NCBI GenBank assembly: GCA_965228585.1
Contig: CBDDHX010000005.1
Location: forward strand, 334,965-398,964
Direction of reading: 5' to 3'
DNA from: Caldilineaceae bacterium
GTDB taxonomy: Bacteria > Chloroflexota > Anaerolineae > Caldilineales > Caldilineaceae
Length of the DNA: 64,000 nucleotides
Shown: piece after piece, positions 47,322 through 55,758 of the stretch
Position numbering within the stretch: the first letter of the stretch is position 1
How the letters are laid out: every line of letters starts with the position of its first letter
Translations under genes and position numbers: made by a program
The notes under the pieces: model-generated
What the model saw: the letters and a program-made list of their open reading frames with translations, nothing else
What the model was told of the DNA's origin: nothing
Databases searched by the model: none

Positions 47322-48968
47322 TCACGCGGCCACAGCGGGGATCTTCTCCGCGGCGTGGGCCGCCGTGCCATTGGTCGAAAACGCGGAGTGCCCCTTCTGA
47401 CCCACTGTTGGTAGAGAACCCGCCGCGACCGCCGCTTGGATGGCACCGGTTGCCACCAACTCGTGGACATTGGCAATTAGCGGAGCCAGATAGGCATCAG
47501 TTTCGAGGAAGGGAACTTTGGTGCGGATCAGGTTGTAGACTGGCGCGGTGCCTGCGCCCAATCGCGTGGGTGGAATCCCCATTTCTTGACAGCGAAAATC
47601 GATTCCCTGGGCCGCGACCAGCAATTCGATCGCTACAATCTGCTCCACGTGTTCCAATATCTGCTCCAATTGACGGGTGGCAATGGTCCCCATGCTGACA
47701 TGGTCCTCATAGTTGGCGCTGCTCGGGATCGTATCCGCGCTGGCCGGATGGGCCAACACCTTGTTCTCGCTGGCCAGCGAAGCCGCGGTATAGTGGGCGA
47801 TCATCATGCCGCTCTCTACGCCCGCATCTTTCGTCAGGAACATGGGCAGCACGCCGCTGTTGGAATCGGCATCGACCAGGCGCGCGACACGCCGTTCGCT
47901 CATGTTGCCCAAATCGGTGATGGCGGTTTTGGCAGCGTCCATAGCGAGGGCAAGCGGCTCGCCGTGGAAGTTGCCAGCGCTGATCACGTCGACGATCTCG
48001 ACACCGGCCCCATCTTCTTCCACGAAAATAAGCGGGTTGTCGTTGACCGCATTGAGTTCAATATCGATACACCGCTTGGCGTGGTAGACTGTGTCGCGCA
48101 CCGCGCCGTGAACCTGGGGCACACATCGCAGGGTATAGGGATCCTGAACGTTGCTGCTCGTTCTGGCCCGCAATAGTTGACTGCCTGCCAACAGCTTGCG
48201 CAAGAAGGCCGCGCATTCAACCTGGCCTGGATGGGGTCGCGCGGCGTGAACTCGCGCATCGTACGCGTGATCGGTGCCGTTGAGCGCCTCCAGCGACATG
48301 GAGGCGGCCACGTCTGCAACATAGAGCAAGTTGAGTGCCCGATGGACCAGCAGCGCACCCAAACCAGCCATGAGCGTGGTGCCATTTAGTAGGGCCAGAC
48401 CTTCTTTGGCCTGCAATTCAACGACTGCAAGATTGGCGTGGCGCAGAGCCTCTGCACTGGGGATCCGTTCGCCGTCCATCATCACTTCTCCCTCGCCGAT
48501 CAGTGCCATTGTTAGATGAGAGAGGGGCGCCAAATCGCCGCTGGCCCCCAACGAACCCTGGCTGGGAATGCAGGGGTGGATGCCACAGTTGAGCATGTCG
48601 AGCAGCGTCTGGATCACGGTGGGGCGGATCCCCGAATAGCCCAGGGCCAAGGTATTGGCGCGCACGAGCATCATGGCGCGCACGGTCTGCTCGTCCAGCT
48701 CGGGACCCACACCGGCCGCATGGCTGCGCACCAGGTTGAGTTGGAGCTTTTTGACCTTCTCAACGGGAATGATTTTGTCGCGCAGACGACCAAAGCCGGT
48801 TGTAATGCCGTAGGCCACGGTGCCATCGGCAATGAGTTGATCCACCGCGGCGCGCGAGCGCTCAATCTTGGGCAGCGTCTCAGGATCGAGAGTCACACTC
48901 ATGCCATTGGCAACCGCCACCACATCTGTAATTTGGAGTGAATCTCCGGAGATTTTCAACATAATCAA
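47322..48968 (-). CDS. hutH: Histidine ammonia-lyase (MIO-dependent)
   Basis: MIO triad context GSLGASGDLAPLSHL, YGITTGFG, and the selectivity pair LVRSHAAGVG (Ser-His as in HAL, not Phe-Leu or His-Leu as in PAL/TAL). SANYEDHVSMG is also present, and overall similarity to Pseudomonas HutH is high. Confidence 0.85.
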   Translation of the reverse strand: MIMLKISGDSLQITDVVAVANGMSVTLDPETLPKIERSRAAVDQLIADGTVAYGITTGFGRLRDKIIPVEKVKKLQLNLVRSHAAGVGPELDEQTVRAMMLVRANTLALGYSGIRPTVIQTLLDMLNCGIHPCIPSQGSLGASGDLAPLSHLTMALIGEGEVMMDGERIPSAEALRHANLAVVELQAKEGLALLNGTTLMAGLGALLVHRALNLLYVADVAASMSLEALNGTDHAYDARVHAARPHPGQVECAAFLRKLLAGSQLLRARTSSNVQDPYTLRCVPQVHGAVRDTVYHAKRCIDIELNAVNDNPLIFVEEDGAGVEIVDVISAGNFHGEPLALAMDAAKTAITDLGNMSERRVARLVDADSNSGVLPMFLTKDAGVESGMMIAHYTAASLASENKVLAHPASADTIPSSANYEDHVSMGTIATRQLEQILEHVEQIVAIELLVAAQGIDFRCQEMGIPPTRLGAGTAPVYNLIRTKVPFLETDAYLAPLIANVHELVATGAIQAAVAAGSLPTVGQKGHSAFSTNGTAAHAAEKIPAVAA

Positions 48969-49076
48969 ACTTTCCTTCGGCTATCGGCGAGTGACAGTTC
49001 ATGCAATCTATCTAGCGTGAGAGCAGAGTGGAAATCACATGTTGGGTGTGCAGCAGCCCTACCCCCAACCGTGAAT

Positions 49077-51371
49077 TCACGATTGCTCCTTTTCCTTGAT
49101 CTGGAGGCGGGGGAGCAAAGCATTGCCCACACCGACCCCCAACCCCAGCTGACAGAGGACAATGACCGATAGGAGACCAAAGTGCATAAAGAGTAGCCCC
49201 AAAAAGCTCAGGAGATGCGGCGCAATCACGAGGCCCAGGGTCCTGCCCATGTTGCGCTTGAAATCAGCAGCCAGATCAAAGAGCTTCAGAAGCTTATTCA
49301 AACTTTGGTCCATCAAAACAACTTGCGCTGTATCGGTGGCAACGCTGGAGGCACCCTGCAATGAAATGGAGACGGCGGCTTTCTTGAGCGCAATGGCGTC
49401 GTTGATGCCGTCACCGATATAGCAGACGGTCTTGCCATTCTGTTGCAGCTGATCGATAATGTTCGCTTTGTCTTCGGGCAAGGTTTCGGCAAAGTAGTGA
49501 TCGACCCCCAAATCGTGGGCCAGTTTGCGTGTGGGTGCTTCATGATCGCCAGAGATGATGTAGGTCGATTGGATGCCCCGTTGGCGCAACCCCTGAATGA
49601 TGGCTCTCGCTTCGGGGCGCACGGTCGGCTCTAGTTCGATGGCACCCACCACCGCTCTATCCACCGCAATGAGAATGAGCGAGTGGCCCTGTTGGTGGGC
49701 ACGCTCTTTGGTGGCTTCTGCCGATGTTGGGAGCGTCAACGCTTCCAGCTCCATAAAGCGCAGACTGCCCACCCGCACGGTCAACTGACCGATGAGGACC
49801 GTGAGCCCATAGCCGACTTTGTAGGCTGCCTCTGCAATTTCGGGCAGGACCAATTGACGTTCCTCGGCTTCTTCCAGAATCGCATGGGCCACTGGATGTG
49901 TTTGGCGATACTCGGCAGCGGCTGCAAAGACCAAGATCTCATCTTCTGTATATTCCGACCAGGTGTGCACATGGCCAACGTGGGGCTGCGTCTCGGTGAG
50001 CGTGCCCGTCTTGTCAAAGACAACTGTGTCCACGTCGTTGAGCAGCTCTAGCACGCGGCCATCTTTGAGCAAGATGCCATGTTTAGAGGTCACATTCAGA
50101 TAGCTGAGGATGTTGATGTAGGTGGCCACAATTCCCTTATATTTGGGATGGGCCAACAGGAGCGCCCACGAACCAACTGGAAAGAGCGGTAACATCAATC
50201 CTGCCAATGCCAGCGTGGGCACCACTGATTTGTCGGCCAAATCTTCCACCCGCAACTGCATCCCGGTCTTAAAATTCATGGTCTGATTGAGCACTTTGCC
50301 AATCTGAGCTGCGGTCGTCTCCTCGCCTGTCTTTTCGACCAAAATTTGAATCTTGCCAGTTGCCACCATGGTGAGGGCAAAGACCTGGTCATCCGGTCCC
50401 TTTTCAGCAGGTTGGGATTCGCCCGTTAATATATGTTGGTCAACCGAAGCAAACCCTGCGGTAATCCGCCCATCAATGGGGATGGTCTCGCCAGCATTGA
50501 CGATCACGACATCTCCGGTGCGCAAGCTCTCGACCGGCACCTCGACTTCAGAGCCATCGACAATGGACCAAGCCGACGTTGGCTGTTGCCGAAAGACATC
50601 CACCAAGCTCCCCTTGGCATCCTCTCGCACCCGCCGCATGAGCCGCTGGGCATAGTTCGCCAGAAAGATATTCAGGCTCAGCATGAAGGTAAAGATGGCA
50701 TGCCCCGCCAAGATGGCACCTGCCCCCAAACCCAGCCCAACCACCACGGTTGCGAGGATGATCAGATCCACAGAGGTTCTGCGCTCATGAAAGAGTTGAT
50801 TGTAGGCCCTGCGCACCATCTCTGGCGACCCGAGAATCGTAAATATCAGGCTGACCACGGCAAGCGGTTTGACGATAAAGCCAACCACTGACAAACCGAG
50901 GGCAATGGAGGATAGCTTGAAGGTGTGCTGGGTCATCAGATTCAGCGCGCTGGATTGTGGTGGAGGCTGGGGCGCTTCCCCTTTGGAAAGAGCCGCAGGC
51001 GCGCCGTTGCCCGCACGGCCGTGCCCATTCAAGAGACCATCCAACTTTGTGACAAACGGTTCCACCGTCGTTTTGGCGCTATCCCAAATGTGGTGGTCCC
51101 TGAGTGACGGCAACAGCTCTGACGGCAACAGCTCTGACGGCAACAGCTCTGACGGCAACAGATCATGTAGTGCTGAAAGAACCTGTGGCGAGCCATTCTG
51201 AACCGAGCCGTACTGTGGCGAGCCATTCTGAGCCGAGCCATTTTGTAGTCTGGCGGAGGCTCGCTGCCCGTCTGAGGTCAGTTGGCGGATCAACGGCTGC
51301 TTGAGCGCTCGGATTCTGGAGCCCTTTGGGGCAGCACGGTAAATTTTGTCGGTAAGTGTATGTAGTCGCAT
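49077..51371 (-). CDS. P-type ATPase, P1B-like topology but lacking the CPx metal motif and an HMA domain
   Basis: TGES, DKTGTLT and GDGINDA motifs are present. By eye alignment, the position of CPC reads AHPK. The N-terminus contains 15 bp in-frame repeats (SELLP x3, NGS.Q x4). Confidence 0.75.
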   Translation of the reverse strand: MRLHTLTDKIYRAAPKGSRIRALKQPLIRQLTSDGQRASARLQNGSAQNGSPQYGSVQNGSPQVLSALHDLLPSELLPSELLPSELLPSLRDHHIWDSAKTTVEPFVTKLDGLLNGHGRAGNGAPAALSKGEAPQPPPQSSALNLMTQHTFKLSSIALGLSVVGFIVKPLAVVSLIFTILGSPEMVRRAYNQLFHERRTSVDLIILATVVVGLGLGAGAILAGHAIFTFMLSLNIFLANYAQRLMRRVREDAKGSLVDVFRQQPTSAWSIVDGSEVEVPVESLRTGDVVIVNAGETIPIDGRITAGFASVDQHILTGESQPAEKGPDDQVFALTMVATGKIQILVEKTGEETTAAQIGKVLNQTMNFKTGMQLRVEDLADKSVVPTLALAGLMLPLFPVGSWALLLAHPKYKGIVATYINILSYLNVTSKHGILLKDGRVLELLNDVDTVVFDKTGTLTETQPHVGHVHTWSEYTEDEILVFAAAAEYRQTHPVAHAILEEAEERQLVLPEIAEAAYKVGYGLTVLIGQLTVRVGSLRFMELEALTLPTSAEATKERAHQQGHSLILIAVDRAVVGAIELEPTVRPEARAIIQGLRQRGIQSTYIISGDHEAPTRKLAHDLGVDHYFAETLPEDKANIIDQLQQNGKTVCYIGDGINDAIALKKAAVSISLQGASSVATDTAQVVLMDQSLNKLLKLFDLAADFKRNMGRTLGLVIAPHLLSFLGLLFMHFGLLSVIVLCQLGLGVGVGNALLPRLQIKEKEQS
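51105..51164 (-). repeat. In-frame 15 bp tandem repeat x4 (tgacggcaacagctc) in the ATPase N-terminus; a second 30 bp x2 repeat lies at 51183..51245
   Basis: Read directly. It encodes SELLPSELLPSELLPS, and the second repeat encodes NGSAQNGSPQYGSVQNGSPQ. Confidence 0.85.
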
Positions 51372-51372
51372 C

Positions 51373-52233
51373 TTATTTTGTCAGGACAACAGTATAATGA
51401 GATACAGTTTCACCTGGATCTTGAACGTTGGGCTGATCTGGCTGCCACAACGAAATCGGCAGAATACCGTGTGGCGTCGGCTGCCACTTGCCCAGTAGTG
51501 GGCGAATCGTATCGGGAACACGCCGCATATATTTGCGCTTTTTCACCGTATCGGCTGGCATGCCAAACGAATCAAAATCCACGGCAAGATAACTATTGGG
51601 TGGTGCCATTTCGTATAGCTGCTCAAATGTTTTCGTCAATAGATCATCTTCGAGGAAGCAGACCACGCCCGCAATGCAGATGCCCAGGCGCTCATTTGCA
51701 TGTGGTATCTGCCCTGAGCTTCTCTGCGTCGACGTGGCTGGCTGGCGGTGGTTCAAGCCCCACAACCGAATTTCAGGATAGGCTTCTAGCAGGGTGTTCG
51801 TGCTATCCCAGTCAAACGTAGAGAGATCAGTGACATCGCAATAGAGATAGTCACAGCGTGGGTTGTCTCTCAATATCGCTTTACCAATGTCTACATTTTT
51901 CAGATCGATGTCGCCATACAAGACCATTGCATCTGGCACAGCCTCATGCAGGGTACCCAGCGTGGGAATCCCCCCGCCAAAGACGAGAAAACGATTGACG
52001 TTTTGGCTCTGCATGTAGCGGGCCGCTCTGCCAAAAAAGCTGCGCACGTCACGAAACATCTGGGGATACCTCGCGTCCAACGCAAGCATTCTGCCGCCAG
52101 CTGCTTTGTCCGCGGGAAAATGATGCTTCCCACCCAACAGATAATCAACGATCCGTCCAGAATTTGGGCGTTCAGGTCCTGTCAACGTTCTGCTTCCTTT
52201 CAGCTTGTCCACCCAAAATTCCTGGTGGCACAA
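51373..52233 (-). CDS. SAM-dependent methyltransferase, Methyltransf_19 (former DUF574) family, carrying an in-frame family B element
   Basis: GRIVDYLLGGKHHFPADKAAG...FGRAARYMQSQNVNRFLVFGGGIPTLGTLHE matches the family pattern. Its stop lies 1 nt from the ATPase start. Confidence 0.65.
   Translation of the reverse strand: MCHQEFWVDKLKGSRTLTGPERPNSGRIVDYLLGGKHHFPADKAAGGRMLALDARYPQMFRDVRSFFGRAARYMQSQNVNRFLVFGGGIPTLGTLHEAVPDAMVLYGDIDLKNVDIGKAILRDNPRCDYLYCDVTDLSTFDWDSTNTLLEAYPEIRLWGLNHRQPATSTQRSSGQIPHANERLGICIAGVVCFLEDDLLTKTFEQLYEMAPPNSYLAVDFDSFGMPADTVKKRKYMRRVPDTIRPLLGKWQPTPHGILPISLWQPDQPNVQDPGETVSHYTVVLTK
51710..51784. repeat. Family B palindromic element located inside the methyltransferase coding sequence (75 nt, in frame, no stop)
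   Basis: gccctgagcttctctgcgtcgacgtggctggctggcggtggttcaagccccacaaccgaatttcaggatagg. It is translated on the - strand as YPEIRLWGLNHRQPATSTQRSSGQ. Confidence 0.8.
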
Positions 52234-52297
52234 AGTACTCTTGCGGACGCTCCGCGTCTAACGTGGGGCTCCACACAGCGCGTGCGGGGTTGGCGGT

Positions 52298-53575
52298 TTA
52301 AGCAGGGCTTGGCATATGTTCGGCACGTGGCAAAAAACCGATCTGCTGGAAATAGGTGAAATAGGTTGCTATCAGCTTCTCATCGATTGGCGGGGCGCTA
52401 ACAGGCGAGTGAGCCAGTCCATCCTCGACGTGGCGCATATCGAAGCGCGGTCGATCAAAGAAGAGGTTGTTAGGTGCATACAAGAGCGCGTGCAGTAACT
52501 TTAGAAATTGATGTTCGGGGTGTTGTTCAACCGCACCCCTTAGCGCTTTGCGCCAGCTGCTATAGGGGAGAACTTCAAATGTATATCCACAAGCGCGAAT
52601 GGCTTCGAGCAACTGCGGCCAGGGAATTGGCTCGGCGCTGATAAAGTGAAAGGCCTTGCCCAATGATTGACCCTGCTGTGACAAGTGCACAATGGCTTGG
52701 CTCAGGTAGTCGACGGGGACCATTGGAATCGCAATGTCGAGGTTGGGAAATTTCTGCAAAAAGAGACAACTTTTGATCAATATGTTCAGTAGATCTTTCA
52801 CGCTGTTGGTCTTGCCCGTTTGGCTATCCGCCGTGACGCGTGCCGGTCGATGGATTGTTGCGGGCAGACCGCGACGTTGCGCATTTTGAATCAGCCGATC
52901 CGCCACCCATTTCGATTGGATGTAGCCACTTTTCATCGTTGAATCGTACTGCGGTCTGTCCGTCTCCCACACAACCTCGGCACCGGCATAGGTTGGGGTG
53001 AAGAAGATGGCCAGGCTAGAGACAAAGTGCAGCGGTTTCATCTGGGTCAGCGTGGCGAGTCGAATTGCCTCTGCTGTGCCACCCACATTGGTTGGTTTCA
53101 GCGTGGCGTAGGGGTAGATGTTGTTCACCCAGCCACCGCTGTGGTAGATCACGTCGATTTGGGCGGCCAAGTGGGCATATGTTGACTCGGTCAGGCCAAA
53201 GCGCACCCGCGACAGATCCCCCGGAATGGGGTTGATCCGCGCGTCAAAGTGCGGTTGCCAGCGGTTACAGAATTGTAGATTTTGGATCAGCCGTGCTTTG
53301 GCTGCTGCTGGATCCTCGCCGCGCAGCAGGCAGTGCATGGTGGCTGTGGTCTGCGCCAAGAGATCGCCCAGCATGTAGCTCCCCAGCAATCCGGTGCTGC
53401 CCGTCAAAAAGATATGTTGCGGGTCATGGGCATGGGGACCGAGTGGTGCATCAAAGTGAATGGCGGGATCTAACGTGGCCTCGGTTTCGAGCTGTAGACC
53501 GTTTGTTGGTGAGGTAGACACGACGACTCCAGTTTTCAACTTTTCAGAATTCAGAGATATTCGGGACTCACACAT
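52298..53575 (-). CDS. Stand-alone thioester reductase-type SDR (NAD_binding_4 / carboxylate or acyl-carrier thioester reductase domain)
   Basis: IFLTGSTGLLGSYMLGDLL ... CLLRGEDPAAAKARL ... PIPGDLSRVRFGL ... VIYHSGGWVNNIYPYATLKPTNVGGT closely follows the thioester-reductase domain pattern. Confidence 0.8.
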   Translation of the reverse strand: MCESRISLNSEKLKTGVVVSTSPTNGLQLETEATLDPAIHFDAPLGPHAHDPQHIFLTGSTGLLGSYMLGDLLAQTTATMHCLLRGEDPAAAKARLIQNLQFCNRWQPHFDARINPIPGDLSRVRFGLTESTYAHLAAQIDVIYHSGGWVNNIYPYATLKPTNVGGTAEAIRLATLTQMKPLHFVSSLAIFFTPTYAGAEVVWETDRPQYDSTMKSGYIQSKWVADRLIQNAQRRGLPATIHRPARVTADSQTGKTNSVKDLLNILIKSCLFLQKFPNLDIAIPMVPVDYLSQAIVHLSQQGQSLGKAFHFISAEPIPWPQLLEAIRACGYTFEVLPYSSWRKALRGAVEQHPEHQFLKLLHALLYAPNNLFFDRPRFDMRHVEDGLAHSPVSAPPIDEKLIATYFTYFQQIGFLPRAEHMPSPA

Positions 53576-53812
53576 ATTCAGGACATACGCACCGAGAAGA
53601 GCGTACCCGTGGCGAGCAGGCCACGCGCTTGCTGGCTCTTCTCGACAAGTTGCGTACGTCCAAATTTAACAATCTACATGTTCGTCAATTCACGGCTATT
53701 GTTGCGCCACAGGCCACTGAGCAACCCAAGCAGCAGCACTGTGAACAGTGCACCAAGCAGAGGCCACGTGCTCGGTTGCGCAAGCCACCGTTCACTCTGT
53801 TCGCGCATCTTC

Positions 53813-54907
53813 TCATTGCACCGTCAGCCCTGTCATGTGGGGGAAGCGAGCTTGCACGCCCCAGCCGCCAGGTGGGATGCCTTTTGATACGGCTAACCAG
53901 ACTTCGTTCTCCCCCTTTTGCAGCGGAAGGTAGAGATCGTCGTAGTAGCCAATGGTGCCCAGGAAACGATAGTCTCTGGTAAAGGCGCTGTCGTTGCCAG
54001 CAAAGAGCAGCCGGTCGTTGAGATAGACCTTGACCTTGTTGGCAAAGCCAAGCTGTAACGGTCTGACCTGTTCGCGCTCCGATTGCACCGTCACGCGGGC
54101 AAAGAGGGTATCCTGCTGGCGACCAAAGGTGGCAAAACGGGCCAGGTTAACGAGCCCGGTTGTTTCGGTTTCCGCATGTGTCCAGCTGCGGCTCTCTTTG
54201 ATTGCGGCGGGCAGACGCACTTGCCCCAGCAGATCTTTTTCGGCAAAGGCATCAGATACCTGCCAGGAACGGATCGTGCCCGCTGGTGCCGGGGCAGGGA
54301 TCTTGGCTGTTCCCCGGAGGGGCGGATGATCCATTGCCATGTATTGGAAGTTGGCAAAATGGGCCGCGGGGTCAGACGGTATCGGCTCGACTTCCAGCCC
54401 AATTTTGCCCCGCAAGAGGCCATGCTTCAGTTCGTTGACAAAGAAGAGTGGTTCATCCATATCCTGCACGTAGACCTCGGCATGCAGCCCGGCGACCACG
54501 ATTTTGACGTGAATCCACTCGTTAAAGGGAAACTCAATCGATTTGCCGTAACCCTCGCCGTGGTAGAGCTGCCAACCGGATACGTTGTTGAAGATGGGGG
54601 TGTACTGGGTGGCATCTGGGTTGCCTGATTGGTGGGCGCGCATGTAGAAACGTTCGTAATTCTGCATGTCTTGCAAGCGCCATATTGCGCCAACCATTTT
54701 GCGCGTCGCGTCGAAGGCCACATCATATTCGATAATGCCATTGGTAAAATCAACATTTTTGACCACGGCGTGGCCCGATTTGAGAAAAAGACTTTGCTGG
54801 CCCAAATATTCTTCCACGCGATTCGCTTGGGCATGAAAGACCCATTGATCAGAATCAAAGGGGATCAGGTTCACGGTGTTACTCCTTTGGGTTGGGGTGC
54901 AGGCCAA
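53813..54907 (-). CDS. Hypothetical protein, probably two beta-sandwich (DUF1080/LamG-like) domains
   Basis: The weak pattern FTNGIIEYDVAF...WIHVKIVVAGLHAEVYV...GKIGLEV resembles concanavalin-like domains. This is not a confident family call. Confidence 0.4.
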   Translation of the reverse strand: MACTPTQRSNTVNLIPFDSDQWVFHAQANRVEEYLGQQSLFLKSGHAVVKNVDFTNGIIEYDVAFDATRKMVGAIWRLQDMQNYERFYMRAHQSGNPDATQYTPIFNNVSGWQLYHGEGYGKSIEFPFNEWIHVKIVVAGLHAEVYVQDMDEPLFFVNELKHGLLRGKIGLEVEPIPSDPAAHFANFQYMAMDHPPLRGTAKIPAPAPAGTIRSWQVSDAFAEKDLLGQVRLPAAIKESRSWTHAETETTGLVNLARFATFGRQQDTLFARVTVQSEREQVRPLQLGFANKVKVYLNDRLLFAGNDSAFTRDYRFLGTIGYYDDLYLPLQKGENEVWLAVSKGIPPGGWGVQARFPHMTGLTVQ

Positions 54908-55067
54908 TCAACTTGATGGCCCTTGTTGCAATGGGGATAAAGCTCGGTAAGTCTGCTGGCGCCGCCTGGCATGCAATCACGTCGCGGTCAATGGCTGATA
55001 CACGGGACTAGCATTCCTGAACCGCGCTGACGAATGTCCAAAGTCCGGTTTACCAGCTGATTTCAGG

Positions 55068-55745
55068 TCAGCGTACCGCCGCTGGTTCCCCTGCAAATGT
55101 GTAGCCAAAGCGCTCAATATCTGTTCGGAAATGTTCTGCAACGAGCTGTTCTGTTTGGGAAGTATAGTAGTCACGATAGTTGCGGTGAGCAGAGCGATTG
55201 ACATGGGGCAGTGCGGCAGCAATGTGGAGCCGGTCGCAGACTTGGGCAAAGTCTTGGGCCAGGGATTCATAGCGGCCCACAAAATCGACCAGCAACTTTC
55301 CATCAGCAGCGGTCAGCACGGCGCTTTGCTCTTTGGTCGCCCCTTTGGGATAGGGGTTGGGGGTCTTGATAACCCACTGCAGGTAAGCGTCAAAGCTTCC
55401 CAGTTGTTCCACGATCTGATGTTTACGATGGGTTGGCTCGCGCAAAATAAAGTGATACATCGAAACCTGCCAATCCCATGGATTGCGCACGAAGGCAAAC
55501 TTGTAGTAGCCATCAAATATTTCCCGTGGCAGATACTTTTGCGCGTCACGGGCGGTGGCATGGAGCAGCAGCGCTTCCCACACTTCATACATGGGGTTGG
55601 GGCTGCCTGCTTTTGCTCTGGGTGGACGTTTGATCTTGAACCGTTCCGGCTCTTGCCCATATTCTTCCAAGACGGTGCGCATGCTCATGCCGCCAGTTTT
55701 GGCAACGTGGAAGAAGATGAAACGGTGCGAGTGTGAAATGATCAT
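55068..55745 (-). CDS. Sulfotransferase family protein (Sulfotransfer_2-like, PAPS-dependent)
   Basis: FIFFHVAKTGGMSMRTVL (PAPS loop), FAFVRNPWDWQVS and GRYESLAQDF are typical. The start at MIISHS (55745) avoids overlap with the upstream gene; the track starts at 55880. Confidence 0.7.
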   Translation of the reverse strand: MIISHSHRFIFFHVAKTGGMSMRTVLEEYGQEPERFKIKRPPRAKAGSPNPMYEVWEALLLHATARDAQKYLPREIFDGYYKFAFVRNPWDWQVSMYHFILREPTHRKHQIVEQLGSFDAYLQWVIKTPNPYPKGATKEQSAVLTAADGKLLVDFVGRYESLAQDFAQVCDRLHIAAALPHVNRSAHRNYRDYYTSQTEQLVAEHFRTDIERFGYTFAGEPAAVR

Positions 55746-55758
55746 GCGGAACTGTGCC

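Noticed and set aside
47322-48968. Re-interpretation of the ammonia-lyase as a tyrosine/phenylalanine ammonia-lyase or aminomutase, which would fit the aryl-sulfotransferase better.
   Set aside because: The selectivity residues read Ser-His (LVRSHAAG) as in histidine ammonia-lyases, and the SANYEDHVSMG block also matches HAL. An enzymatic test is still needed.
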